Shown piece after piece: positions 23,634-31,908 of a stretch of 55,969 bases of DNA. The notes below the pieces were generated by a model. It saw only the letters and a program-made list of their open reading frames with translations. It did no database searches and was not told where the DNA came from. The position numbers and the translations under genes were made by a program. Source of the DNA: Solirubrobacterales bacterium (GTDB lineage Bacteria > Actinomycetota > Thermoleophilia > Solirubrobacterales > 70-9); NCBI GenBank assembly GCA_033856335.1, contig JAWVFG010000051.1:1-55969 (forward strand), read 5' to 3'. Within the stretch, counting starts at the first letter, position 1. Every line of letters starts with the position of its first letter.

Positions 23634-25118
23634 TCAGAAGCGGTGGTTGCCGCCGCCGCGCGGGCCCTGCTCGTGCAGCGCCTTCGGGTGCCTGCGGCTG
23701 ACCCCGATGATGCCGGCGTTCGCGCTGCTCGCGCTCGGGTCGAGCACGGTGACGTAGGCGACGGAATCGGTCAGCGCGTCGGACCAGAGGACACCCGCCG
23801 AGCGGTTCAGGGTGAACAGGATCCGGCCGGCGCCGTGCCGGTGGAGACCGCGAACCATGAGCCTGCTCCGCAGCGCGTCGGCGCGAACGTAGGCGAAGGA
23901 GTTGCCGTGAACCGAGGGGTCGAAGAGCAGCAACCGGCGCGAGCGCACCAGCGTTCGGTGCTTGTGCGTTCCCATGACCCACTGGACCACCCGGCTGCCC
24001 CGCGGGGTCGCGATCGCATAGAGCAGGACGTTGCCATCGACGGCGGGCGGGCTGAGCTGGGAGGCACCACCCTCGCTCGCCAGGAGAACGGGCGGCGCCG
24101 GCGATGCGGGGTTTGCGATGTATCGGATGTAGATGCCATCGCCGCCGTCCCGGGGGGCGTGATAGGCGAGCCAGGAATCCGAGACCGCGATTGCGTCGGC
24201 GCCGGGGGCGTCAATCTGCGCGATCGGCCCGAGGGTGTTCCGGTCGAGCAGCTGCACCGTGTTCCCGGTCACGGTCGCGACGTAGCGGCCGCCGATCGCC
24301 GGGTGCTTGCCGGGCAGAGGGATCTCGGGGCCGCCGCGACTGATCACGGCCGGCCCGGCAAGCCTCTGGAAGAGCAGGGCATCCGCTGTGGCGGCCGGGT
24401 CGGTGGCACGGGAGACGTTCGTCCCCTTGGCGCCCGCGCTGCCGGGGGCGATGACCAGCGCCACCGCCGCGACGAGGAGCGCCGCCGCATCGCCGCGGCG
24501 CAGCCCCAGGTAGACACCATCCCGCTCGCACATCAGCTCGGTCGCGCGAATGCCGGCGCCACTGCCCGCCAGCGGCGCCAGCGCGACGATCGGGATCGCC
24601 CTGCCGATCCCGAAGGCGGCGCCGAGCAAAAGCCCCAGCGACGGATCGCCGAGGGCCAGGCTGACGCCCGCCAGCGCCCAGACGCCGAACGAGAGGACGA
24701 ACGTGGTGAAGCCGATGCCGAGCAGGACTCCATAGAGGGCGGCGGCCACCGGCATCGGCATGACGCGTCGCCAGTGCTCCGGGAGCTGGCGGCGGATCTG
24801 CGGCACGATCCGCGCCCCTCGAGCCTCGAGGACGGCGGCGAGCAGCGCGATCGCGGCAGCCACCACGTACGCGGCGCGCCCCCCGGCACCATGGAGGAGC
24901 TGGCCGAGCCAGGCCAGCGAGCCAAAGGTGAGGAGGCCCCCGGCGATCGCGCCCGGCAGGAAGGTCGCGCAGGCGGCCGCCGTGATCCGCCGGCCGCCGG
25001 TGTGGCCGGTGGGCCCGATCGTGTCGATCGCCGAGAGCCCGCAGGGAGAGAAGGTGCCGGTCGCCCCGATCAGGAGCGCGGCGGCGGCGAGGGCGAGCTC
25101 GAGCGCTGTCATCGGCAT
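23634..25118 (-). CDS. Fusion protein: CcdA/DsbD-like six-TM domain plus an extracytoplasmic beta-rich domain
   Basis: TM1 carries FSPCGLS, which resembles the CcdA/DsbD SPC motif. About six hydrophobic helices are followed by a ~270-aa soluble region with repeated beta-strand-like segments. ATG 25118 overlaps the stop of the MauA-like gene as TGATG. Confidence 0.7.
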   Translation of the reverse strand: MPMTALELALAAAALLIGATGTFSPCGLSAIDTIGPTGHTGGRRITAAACATFLPGAIAGGLLTFGSLAWLGQLLHGAGGRAAYVVAAAIALLAAVLEARGARIVPQIRRQLPEHWRRVMPMPVAAALYGVLLGIGFTTFVLSFGVWALAGVSLALGDPSLGLLLGAAFGIGRAIPIVALAPLAGSGAGIRATELMCERDGVYLGLRRGDAAALLVAAVALVIAPGSAGAKGTNVSRATDPAATADALLFQRLAGPAVISRGGPEIPLPGKHPAIGGRYVATVTGNTVQLLDRNTLGPIAQIDAPGADAIAVSDSWLAYHAPRDGGDGIYIRYIANPASPAPPVLLASEGGASQLSPPAVDGNVLLYAIATPRGSRVVQWVMGTHKHRTLVRSRRLLLFDPSVHGNSFAYVRADALRSRLMVRGLHRHGAGRILFTLNRSAGVLWSDALTDSVAYVTVLDPSASSANAGIIGVSRRHPKALHEQGPRGGGNHRF

Positions 25119-25693
25119 CAACAGGGCACCTTGGTGTCGTAGTACTGGACGCAGAACACCTTCCGGCCGCGATAGCAGTAGCCCGTGAGCGCGGCGTCGC
25201 CATTGATCCGCGTGTTGCGCGTGGCGCAGCAGTCGCGGAGCTGGCGGACCTTGCCGCCGCAGCAGCGGTACCAGGAGCCGTCGATGTGGGCCCTGAAGCC
25301 GTAGATGTCCCCGGCTCTGTCACAGAGCCGGGTGCGAGGGGCCGGCGGTAGCGGCCGTCCCTCGGCGTCTCGGAGGAGCTGGCCGCCGTCGTCCACGGGC
25401 TGGCCCGCTTCGTTCACCGGCCTGCCGATGTCGTCGATCGCATGTCCGTCGCTCGCGCGCAACGGGAAGCCGCGGGCGTCGATCCGGGGCAGCCCGGTCG
25501 GGTGGGGGCACGACCCCGTCGTGAAGGTGTGTCCGCAGAAGTGGAAGGCCTCGGAGTCTCCGGGCTCGATCAGCGTCCCGACCGTGCGGGCGGCGGTCAG
25601 GGCCACCAGTGCCCCTCCCACGCGCGCCAGGAACCCCCGCCGCGAGGTGTCCCGGGCCAGCGAGTCAGTCAACCGATCCAGGTGCTCAGGCAC
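25118..25693 (-). CDS. Methylamine dehydrogenase light chain (MauA)-like Cys-rich protein with Tat signal
   Basis: GTG 25693 overlaps the end of the upstream gene by 8 nt. Twin-arginine signal SRRGFLARVGGALVALTAA. The mature part has 10 Cys in MauA-like spacing (FHFCGH..GSCPHP...GSWYRCCGG...RDCCA...GYCYRG..VFCVQY...VPC). The 364-aa track ORF (to 26212) is an out-of-frame overlap with the upstream gene. Confidence 0.75.
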   Translation of the reverse strand: MPEHLDRLTDSLARDTSRRGFLARVGGALVALTAARTVGTLIEPGDSEAFHFCGHTFTTGSCPHPTGLPRIDARGFPLRASDGHAIDDIGRPVNEAGQPVDDGGQLLRDAEGRPLPPAPRTRLCDRAGDIYGFRAHIDGSWYRCCGGKVRQLRDCCATRNTRINGDAALTGYCYRGRKVFCVQYYDTKVPC

Positions 25694-26642
25694 CGATCGG
25701 CAACCTCCCGAGCTGCGCCCTCGTCTCGTCCTCCGCCACATTGGCTGTAATGCCCTGGGCGCGCCGGCGCTCCGCGGTCGCCAGCACGCTCTCGAGCTGC
25801 GCGAGGTTGTTGAACGTCCCCTTGGCGAGGACGGTTCCCCGCTCGTCCAGAGTGATCGCGAACGGGCTGCCGGGAATCCCGAGGTCGCGCCAGAGCCCGG
25901 CGTCCGCGACCTCGTCGAATACGCCGACCGCGACCTGCGGATCCTTGCCCACGTTCTCGATGGCGGGCGAGAGCGTCTGGCAGAGGTGGCAGCCCTCGGA
26001 GGTGAAAACGGCCAGCCCGAGCCTCTTCTCGCCCTCCGTGGCGAGACGCCCGGCGAGCGCGGCAGCCCGTGTGCCGACATCGGGACCCTCTCCGGCGATC
26101 TCCAACGCGCCCTGCGTGCCGAGCTGAAGCCGCAGCATTCCGACCTCGCGGGCGAGCGCGAGAACCGCGATCGCCAGGCCGGCACAGGCGAGCAGTGCCA
26201 CGCCGACCGCAATCCCGAGCCACGCGTTCGTGCTCAGCGCAATGGAATCGACCTGCGGGATCAGGGCGAAGCCCGCGGCCAGCCCGAGGTTCCGAAGCAC
26301 GCCGAGCCAGGAGACCTTGGAGCGGGGGCCGAAGCACGCGCAGGGGGCCCCGGCGCGTCCGCGGAGGATGGCGCCGACGGTCATGGCGGCGAACAGAAGC
26401 ATCAACCCGCTCGCGGCATAGGCCGCCGCGTCGGAGCCGAGCACCACCGCGACGGCCAGCGCCAGCTCGAGCGCGATCATCCCCGCCCAGGCGAGAGGCC
26501 GCAGGGGCCCGCCGGCGAAGCCGAAGCTGTCCATCGACGCGATGCTCGCGCGCGGCGACGCCAGCTTCGCGAGCGCGGCGCCCGCGAGCAAGATCCCCAA
26601 CCCGACGCGCAAAATGATCTCCACAGGTCCCTCCGCCCGCAA
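25686..26642 (-). CDS. MauE/DoxX-like membrane domain fused to a thioredoxin-fold (MauD/TlpA-like) domain
   Basis: The N-terminal ~170 aa form 4-5 TM helices of MauE type, with an internal PCACFG motif. The C-terminal soluble domain has CxxC (SEGCHLCQ) and the thioredoxin-like GIPGSPFAITLD. Start is TTG 26642 or GTG 26624. Confidence 0.75.
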   Translation of the reverse strand: MRAEGPVEIILRVGLGILLAGAALAKLASPRASIASMDSFGFAGGPLRPLAWAGMIALELALAVAVVLGSDAAAYAASGLMLLFAAMTVGAILRGRAGAPCACFGPRSKVSWLGVLRNLGLAAGFALIPQVDSIALSTNAWLGIAVGVALLACAGLAIAVLALAREVGMLRLQLGTQGALEIAGEGPDVGTRAAALAGRLATEGEKRLGLAVFTSEGCHLCQTLSPAIENVGKDPQVAVGVFDEVADAGLWRDLGIPGSPFAITLDERGTVLAKGTFNNLAQLESVLATAERRRAQGITANVAEDETRAQLGRLPIGA

Positions 26643-26674
26643 ACTACCACCAGGCCGCGCGGGTGCCCCTCAGT

Positions 26675-27796
26675 TCACGCCTGGGCGCGTGCCCTCTCCT
26701 TGACCCGCTTGACGCAACGGCGGCGCTTCTTCTTGTTGTGAATGCGTTTGCACTTCTTCAGGGCCTTGGCGGGCAGGGTTAGCCCCGAAGCGGGTGGGCT
26801 GCCGGCCCCGAAGATGCCCTCTGCCGGCAGGCCATAGGTGGATTCGAGACTGGAGACGTCCGACTGGATCAGGGAGCGCATCGTTGGGCCGGCGACCCGG
26901 GTGTAGACCCCGGGCGCGTTGGACTCGGCGCAACCGTTGCCCCAGCCGGTGATCCCGACCAGCCGGTAGCCGCCGCTCGCGAGTGGGGCCTGCAGCGGGC
27001 CGCCGCTGTCGCCGTAGCAGGTGTCCACGCCACCGCTGAGATACCCGGCGCAGAGCATCGTGTTCGGATCGAAATCGCTGCCGTAGACGCTGCCGCTGGC
27101 GCAGGTCGAGTCGGAGATCACGTCGACGGTGGCCGCCCGCAGCGTGTCCTGCGTGTTCGCACTCGGTGACTCGCTGGTCGTGCCCCAGCCGCTGATCTGC
27201 TCCGAGCTGCCGTCGTCCCAGAGGGAACCCTCGTCCGTTCCGGCGATCTTGATGGGGGTCTGGCTCGAAGGGGAGGAGAGGACGAGGTAGGCGACGTCGT
27301 AGCGTGGGACGCCGTCGCCCTGGTAGTTGTCGATGTAGTTGGACTGGTAGGAGACCGCCTCAACGGAGGCCTCAGCACTCTGAGGGACGCTCGAGAGGGT
27401 GGAGTAGCCGAGAACCACACTGACGTCATTTGGATCGAGCTTGTCTTTCCCGTCGCCGCCGGGGTCGGTCAGCGAGGTGCAGATCGGTGGGTTTCCGGTA
27501 AGGGCGTTCGGCCCGCAGTCCGGGTCCGTGTCGAACACGCAGTGCGCCGCGGTGACCACGATCCTCGATGTGAGCAATGACCCGCCGCAGAATTGGCGCT
27601 GGTGGGCATTGCCGGAGTCCTTTGCGGACGAGAGCACGACCGCTGCCTGCCACGGGTACTGGGAGATGGACGCCGTGGAACCACCGACGATCCTGGGCTG
27701 CACCGCTCCGTCGCTCTGCGCGCCCGCGGTGGCGGGCGCAAGCAGGGCAAGAGCCGCTGCCCCCCCGAGCAGGACCAGTCGAGGCCGCCTCCTCAT
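26675..27796 (-). CDS. Secreted trypsin-like serine protease (S1) with a polybasic two-Cys C-terminal tail
   Basis: Signal peptide, RIVGG activation site, catalytic motifs TAAHC and GDSGGPL. The C-terminus is PAKALKKCKRIHNKKKRRRCVKRVKERARAQA. Confidence 0.9.
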   Translation of the reverse strand: MRRRPRLVLLGGAAALALLAPATAGAQSDGAVQPRIVGGSTASISQYPWQAAVVLSSAKDSGNAHQRQFCGGSLLTSRIVVTAAHCVFDTDPDCGPNALTGNPPICTSLTDPGGDGKDKLDPNDVSVVLGYSTLSSVPQSAEASVEAVSYQSNYIDNYQGDGVPRYDVAYLVLSSPSSQTPIKIAGTDEGSLWDDGSSEQISGWGTTSESPSANTQDTLRAATVDVISDSTCASGSVYGSDFDPNTMLCAGYLSGGVDTCYGDSGGPLQAPLASGGYRLVGITGWGNGCAESNAPGVYTRVAGPTMRSLIQSDVSSLESTYGLPAEGIFGAGSPPASGLTLPAKALKKCKRIHNKKKRRRCVKRVKERARAQA

Positions 27797-27838
27797 ACCG
27801 GCATTGAAGCGTCTCTGACCGAAAAAGGGTGTAAGCGG

Positions 27839-28921
27839 CTACCCGATCGCGACCATGCGCTCGATCGGGAGCGTGGCGCGCTCCGCGATCTGAGGGGGAA
27901 CCTTGACCTCGTAGCGGAAGTCCCGCAGGGAATCGCGGACCTTCGGCAGGGTGATCATCTTCATGTACTTGCAGAAGGCCATCCTGTTGGCCTCGATCAG
28001 CTTCGCCTGGGGTGCAGCCTGCTGGAGCGGGTAGAGCATCCCGTTTTCGGTGGCGACGATGTACTCGCCGTCCGGGTGCTGCTCCATGTAGTTGAGCATG
28101 CCTCCGGTGGAGAGCATCTGGACGCCGTCCGGATCGATGTCACCCGAGGCGACGTACTCCATGGCCTGGGTCGCGCAGCCGCACTCGGGGTGGATCAGGA
28201 ACTCGGCGTTGGGGTGCTCGTCACGGACGGTCTTGATGTCGGTTGGGCGGATGCCGGCGTGGACATGGCACTCGCCGTCCCAGACGTGGAAGCGGGCACG
28301 ACGATCCGGGTCGTCCTTGATCCCGGTCTCGCGCTCGACGAATGCGCCGAGCCACATGTCAGGGCCGAAGAGGATCTCGGTGTCGGGACCGTGCTCGAGG
28401 AGGATGTGCTCGACCACTGCGACCGCGTTGCCCGATGTGCAGCAGTAGTCAGTCTCGGCCTTGACCTCGGCCGAGGTGTTCACGTACATGACGACCTGCG
28501 CGCCGGGGTGCTCGGCCTTCCAGGCGCGGAGCTGATCGGCGTTGATCGACTCCGACAGCGAGCAGCCGGCGCCGAGATCGGCGATCAGAACGGTCTTGTC
28601 GGGGCAGAGGACCGACGCGGTCTCGGCCATGAAGTGGACGCCGCAAAACTCGATCACCTCGGCATCGGCCTTGGCCGCCTGGCGCGAGAGGCCCAGGGAG
28701 TCACCGACGAAGTCGGCGACGTCCTGCAGCTCCGGCAGCTGGTAGTTGTGGGCGAGGATCACGGCGTCCCGCTCCGCGGCGAGAGCGCGGACCTCCTCGC
28801 TCAGGATCGCGACTTCGTCCTCGCTCAGCTTGGCGGGGAGCTCGTTGACGGTAGGAAGCTCCAGCACGGCGGGCCGCTCCTTAACGTTTGGATGTTCGCT
28901 GCCCCGGCGCCCTACGTACAT
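27839..28921 (-). CDS. nadA: Quinolinate synthase NadA
   Basis: ILAHNYQ, FVGDSL, FCGVHFMAET and MYVNTSAEVKA motifs across three repeated domains. An alternative GTG start at 28867 follows AAGGAG. Confidence 0.9.
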   Translation of the reverse strand: MYVGRRGSEHPNVKERPAVLELPTVNELPAKLSEDEVAILSEEVRALAAERDAVILAHNYQLPELQDVADFVGDSLGLSRQAAKADAEVIEFCGVHFMAETASVLCPDKTVLIADLGAGCSLSESINADQLRAWKAEHPGAQVVMYVNTSAEVKAETDYCCTSGNAVAVVEHILLEHGPDTEILFGPDMWLGAFVERETGIKDDPDRRARFHVWDGECHVHAGIRPTDIKTVRDEHPNAEFLIHPECGCATQAMEYVASGDIDPDGVQMLSTGGMLNYMEQHPDGEYIVATENGMLYPLQQAAPQAKLIEANRMAFCKYMKMITLPKVRDSLRDFRYEVKVPPQIAERATLPIERMVAIG

Positions 28922-28985
28922 ATCTGGGCCCTCGAGGCCGACGAATGAACTGACTAAAGATTAGCGCGCCCCTACCCTTGGCCTC

Positions 28986-29855
28986 ATGCCCGAGTTGCCC
29001 GAAGTGGAGATCACCGCTCGCCGCCTGAGCACTGCGCTCGCGGGCGCGGAGGTCGAGTCCGCGCTGGCCACCGGGGTTGCGACGCTGAAGACGTTCGAGC
29101 CGAGCCTGGACTCGCTGACCGGCGCGCGGGTCTCGGCAGTCCGGCGGATCGGGAAGATGCTCGCGGTCGACTTCGACCCCGCCGGCGGGGACGGTGCGGG
29201 GCCGCTCACCCTGCTGATCCACCTGATGTCGGCCGGGCGCCTGCAGCTCTTCGACAAGCGGGCCTCGCTCCGGGACCGCCGCTCGCGGATCCTGGTGAGG
29301 ATCGGCGACGGGCGCGAGCTGCGGCTGCGCGAGTTCGGCACCAAGCAGTCGGCCTGGGCCAAGCTGTTGCCCCGCGACGAGGTCGCAGAGGACGAAATGG
29401 TTTCCACGCTCGGCCCGGACGCATGGCCCGCGCCCTCTCTGGAGGCGTTCGCCGAGGCGGTCCGGCACCCGCGTCACCTCCATCCCCTGCTGCGGCATCA
29501 GCGAGACCTCGCGGGCATCGGCCGCTCGTGGGTCGACGAGATCCTCTGGGAGGCCCGCCTCTCCCCGTTCAAGAAGGGATCCGAGCTGAACGACGATGAG
29601 ATCGAGCGCCTGCACGCGGCGCTCCATGTGCTCGGTGACGCGATCGATCACTACGAGGACGTGATCGGGGAGACGATCCCGGACAAGATGCCGATGCCGC
29701 TCCAGGTCCACCGCCGCGAGGGCGAGCCGTGCCCACGGTGCGGTACGACGATCGAGGCGGTCTTCTTCGCTGAGCACCAGATGAACTACTGCCCGAAGGA
29801 GCAGACCGGCGGCCGGGTGCTCAAGGACCGGCGTCTGTCACGGCTCCTGAAGTGA
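28986..29855 (+). CDS. mutM: Formamidopyrimidine-DNA glycosylase / Nei family (Fpg)
   Basis: N-terminal MPELPEVE and a C-terminal zinc finger CPRCG...YCPKEQ. Confidence 0.9.
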   Translation: MPELPEVEITARRLSTALAGAEVESALATGVATLKTFEPSLDSLTGARVSAVRRIGKMLAVDFDPAGGDGAGPLTLLIHLMSAGRLQLFDKRASLRDRRSRILVRIGDGRELRLREFGTKQSAWAKLLPRDEVAEDEMVSTLGPDAWPAPSLEAFAEAVRHPRHLHPLLRHQRDLAGIGRSWVDEILWEARLSPFKKGSELNDDEIERLHAALHVLGDAIDHYEDVIGETIPDKMPMPLQVHRREGEPCPRCGTTIEAVFFAEHQMNYCPKEQTGGRVLKDRRLSRLLK

Positions 29856-29973
29856 CGGCTTCGCGAGTGCAGCGGCCTTGCAGCCATCAGATCGCGGCTG
29901 CAGCGGCCGCCCAGCACAAGTCGCTTCGGGCTTGCGCCCTTCGCTCCTGAGTGCAGCGGCCTTGCAGCCGCTA
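29854..29973 (-). repeat. Palindromic intergenic element, copy C (follows the stop of SnoaL-like gene 29971..30486), with a 21-nt internal duplication
   Basis: Minus strand: TAGCGGCTGCAAGGCCGCTGCACTCAGGAGCGAAGGGCGCAAGCCCGAAGCGACTTGTGCTGGGCGGCCGCTGCAGCCGCGATCTGATGGCTGCAAGGCCGCTGCACTCGCGAAGCCGTC. The outer stem is GCGGCTGCA/TGCAGCCGC here, against GCGGCCAC/GTGGCCGC in copies A and B. Confidence 0.85.
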
Positions 29974-30486
29974 GCGGCCGGTGAGCTGGCGGACGATGCC
30001 CCGCCAGATTTTGAACGGGTGGCCAATGACGGTCTGGAGGCGACCTGTGACGCTGAGCGGATCGCGGGCGATGCCCAGTTGTCGCAGCACCGTCGTCTGG
30101 TCGAAGTAGATCCGCTCACAGGTCAGCTTCTCGCCGTCGAACATGAACATCGCGAGGATCGGCAGCTCGTACTGGTTGCCGGTAGGAGGCAGGCCGCGCA
30201 GCGGGCCCTTGTGTGTGCCGCGGATGACGGCCTCGACCAGGACGGCGTCGTCGGCGTGGTGGAGGGCGAGCAGCTCGTTGCGCTGGTCTGGGAAGGCACG
30301 CCGGCTCTCCTCGAAATAGCCCTCGACCTCCTCAGTGCCGTCGTAGACGTCGCCGGTGGCGATCAACTCGTAGCGCGGGTGCTCGAAGGTCTCGAGGGTG
30401 GCGTCGAACTCGTGCCGGTTCTCGGAGTCCATGTGCTCCCGGACGAGCTCCTCGCGCTTCTTCCTCAGCAGGGGGTCGGGGGCCAT
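29971..30486 (-). CDS. SnoaL-like / ester cyclase family protein
   Basis: 171 aa. Pattern ...YDGTEEVEGYFEESRRAFPDQ...THKGPLRGLPPTGNQYELPILAMFMFDGEKLTCERIYFD is typical of NTF2-fold ester cyclases. Confidence 0.75.
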   Translation of the reverse strand: MAPDPLLRKKREELVREHMDSENRHEFDATLETFEHPRYELIATGDVYDGTEEVEGYFEESRRAFPDQRNELLALHHADDAVLVEAVIRGTHKGPLRGLPPTGNQYELPILAMFMFDGEKLTCERIYFDQTTVLRQLGIARDPLSVTGRLQTVIGHPFKIWRGIVRQLTGR

Positions 30487-30491
30487 CGTCG

Positions 30492-31007
30492 CTATCTCCC
30501 TGTCACGCGCCGGATGACGGCGCGCGAGATCGTCAGAGGATGGCTCGCAGCCGTCTCCAGGCGGCCGGTGACGGTGGCGGGATCGCGGGCGATGCCGAGC
30601 TGCTGGAGCACCGTGGCCGTGTCGTAGTAGACGCGCTCGGAGACCAGCGCGTCGCCCTCGAAGACGAAGATGGCCAGGAATTGCTGCTCGAAGCGGCGCC
30701 CGGTGGGTGGCAGGCCGCGGAGCGGCCCCGTCTGCGTTCCGCGGGCGATCGCCTCCATCAGCACGGCGTCATCGGCGCTGTGCAGAGCGACGATCTCGAT
30801 CTCCTGGTCGGGGAACGCTCGATCGAGCTCGCGCCAGTGCGCCATCACCTCCTCCGCGCCGTCATAGACCTCGTCGGTGGCGACGTACTCGTAGCGGGGG
30901 TGCTGGAAGGTCGCCAGCGCCGTCTCGTAGTCGGCCGCGTTCTCCGCGTCGACGTGCCTGCGGACGAGCTCCTCGCGCCTGGCCGCGACCGTGTCGGAAA
31001 TGGCCAT
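30492..31007 (-). CDS. SnoaL-like / ester cyclase family protein (tandem paralog)
   Basis: 171 aa, colinear with the neighbour and more than half identical by eye (FPDQ, GPLRGLPPTG, ERVYYD, LQQLGIARDP). Confidence 0.75.
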   Translation of the reverse strand: MAISDTVAARREELVRRHVDAENAADYETALATFQHPRYEYVATDEVYDGAEEVMAHWRELDRAFPDQEIEIVALHSADDAVLMEAIARGTQTGPLRGLPPTGRRFEQQFLAIFVFEGDALVSERVYYDTATVLQQLGIARDPATVTGRLETAASHPLTISRAVIRRVTGR

Positions 31008-31017
31008 CGTCTCGACC

Positions 31018-31869
31018 CTACATCTCCAGCGTCATGCTGAGATCAAGGGCAGGCGCGGAGTGGGTGAGCGCACCGACCGAGACGTAATCGACCCCCGTCG
31101 CGGCGATCTCGCCGACGTTCTCGAGCGTGATCCCGCCCGAGGCCTCCAGCTCCGGGCCGCCGTCCGCCCCGCGCGCCGCGGCGACCGCCTCCTGCAGCTC
31201 GGCGGGGCTCATGTTGTCGAGCAGCAGCCGGTCCGCTCCGGCCTCGGCTCCCTCGCGGACCTCATCGAGATTGCGGCACTCGACCTCGATCGAGAGATCC
31301 GGCTCGGCCTTGCGCGCGAGCCCGACCGCCCCCCCCACCCCACCTGCAAACGCTGCGTGGTTCTCCTTGATCAGGATCGCGTCGTAGAGGCCCATCCTGT
31401 GGTTGGTCCCGCCACCCGCGGCGACTGCGGCCTTCTCCAGCGCCCGCAGGCCCGGCGTCGTCTTACGCGTATCCAGCACGCGCGCGCTCGTTCCCGCCAC
31501 CTCCCGGACGAACCTCGCGGTCAGCGTCGCGACCCCTGAGAGGTGGCAGAGCAGATTGAGGGCGGTGCGCTCTGCGGTGAGCAGCGCCCGGGCGGGGCCC
31601 GCCGCGCGCGCCACGGCCGCGGGGACCTCGTCGTGCCATTCCCCCTCGCCGGCGACCGCCTCGAGCTCCCCGGCGCCTGCCTGACGGAAGACCTCGCCGG
31701 CGACGTCCAGCCCGAACAGGACTCCGGGCGCCTTCTGGGTGATCGTGGCCCTTCCCGAGACCTGCTCGGGGACGACCGCCTCCGCGGTGACGTCGCCCGC
31801 GCCGAGGTCCTCGAGCAGCGCCCTGGCGACCAGCTCGCGCGTGTCGGTATCGATCTCCACGCCTTTCAC
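31018..31869 (-). CDS. nadC: Nicotinate-nucleotide pyrophosphorylase (quinolinate phosphoribosyltransferase) NadC
   Basis: LLTAERTALNLL, TRKTTPGLR, HRMGLYDAILIKENH, LLDNM and ASGGI motifs. GTG 31869 is preferred because the track start at 31956 would overlap the divergent sigma gene. Confidence 0.9.
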   Translation of the reverse strand: MKGVEIDTDTRELVARALLEDLGAGDVTAEAVVPEQVSGRATITQKAPGVLFGLDVAGEVFRQAGAGELEAVAGEGEWHDEVPAAVARAAGPARALLTAERTALNLLCHLSGVATLTARFVREVAGTSARVLDTRKTTPGLRALEKAAVAAGGGTNHRMGLYDAILIKENHAAFAGGVGGAVGLARKAEPDLSIEVECRNLDEVREGAEAGADRLLLDNMSPAELQEAVAAARGADGGPELEASGGITLENVGEIAATGVDYVSVGALTHSAPALDLSMTLEM

Positions 31870-31908
31870 AATCTCACGAAACCCCTGTGTGAGACGTTTT
31901 GTGGGCGG

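Noticed and set aside
23634-24450. Possibility that the C-terminal domain of 23634..25118 is the missing MauB heavy chain.
   Set aside because: It is only ~270 aa, against ~380 aa for the seven-bladed MauB propeller. It is fused to a membrane domain, and I could not recognise MauB-like blades by eye. This is left open as something a profile search should test, not asserted.
25694-26212. N-terminal 173 aa of track ORF 25118..26212, which would make the MauA-like protein 364 aa.
   Set aside because: This part overlaps the MauE-thioredoxin gene out of frame and is Arg/Ser/Pro junk. The Tat signal begins right after GTG 25693, which is coupled to the upstream stop.
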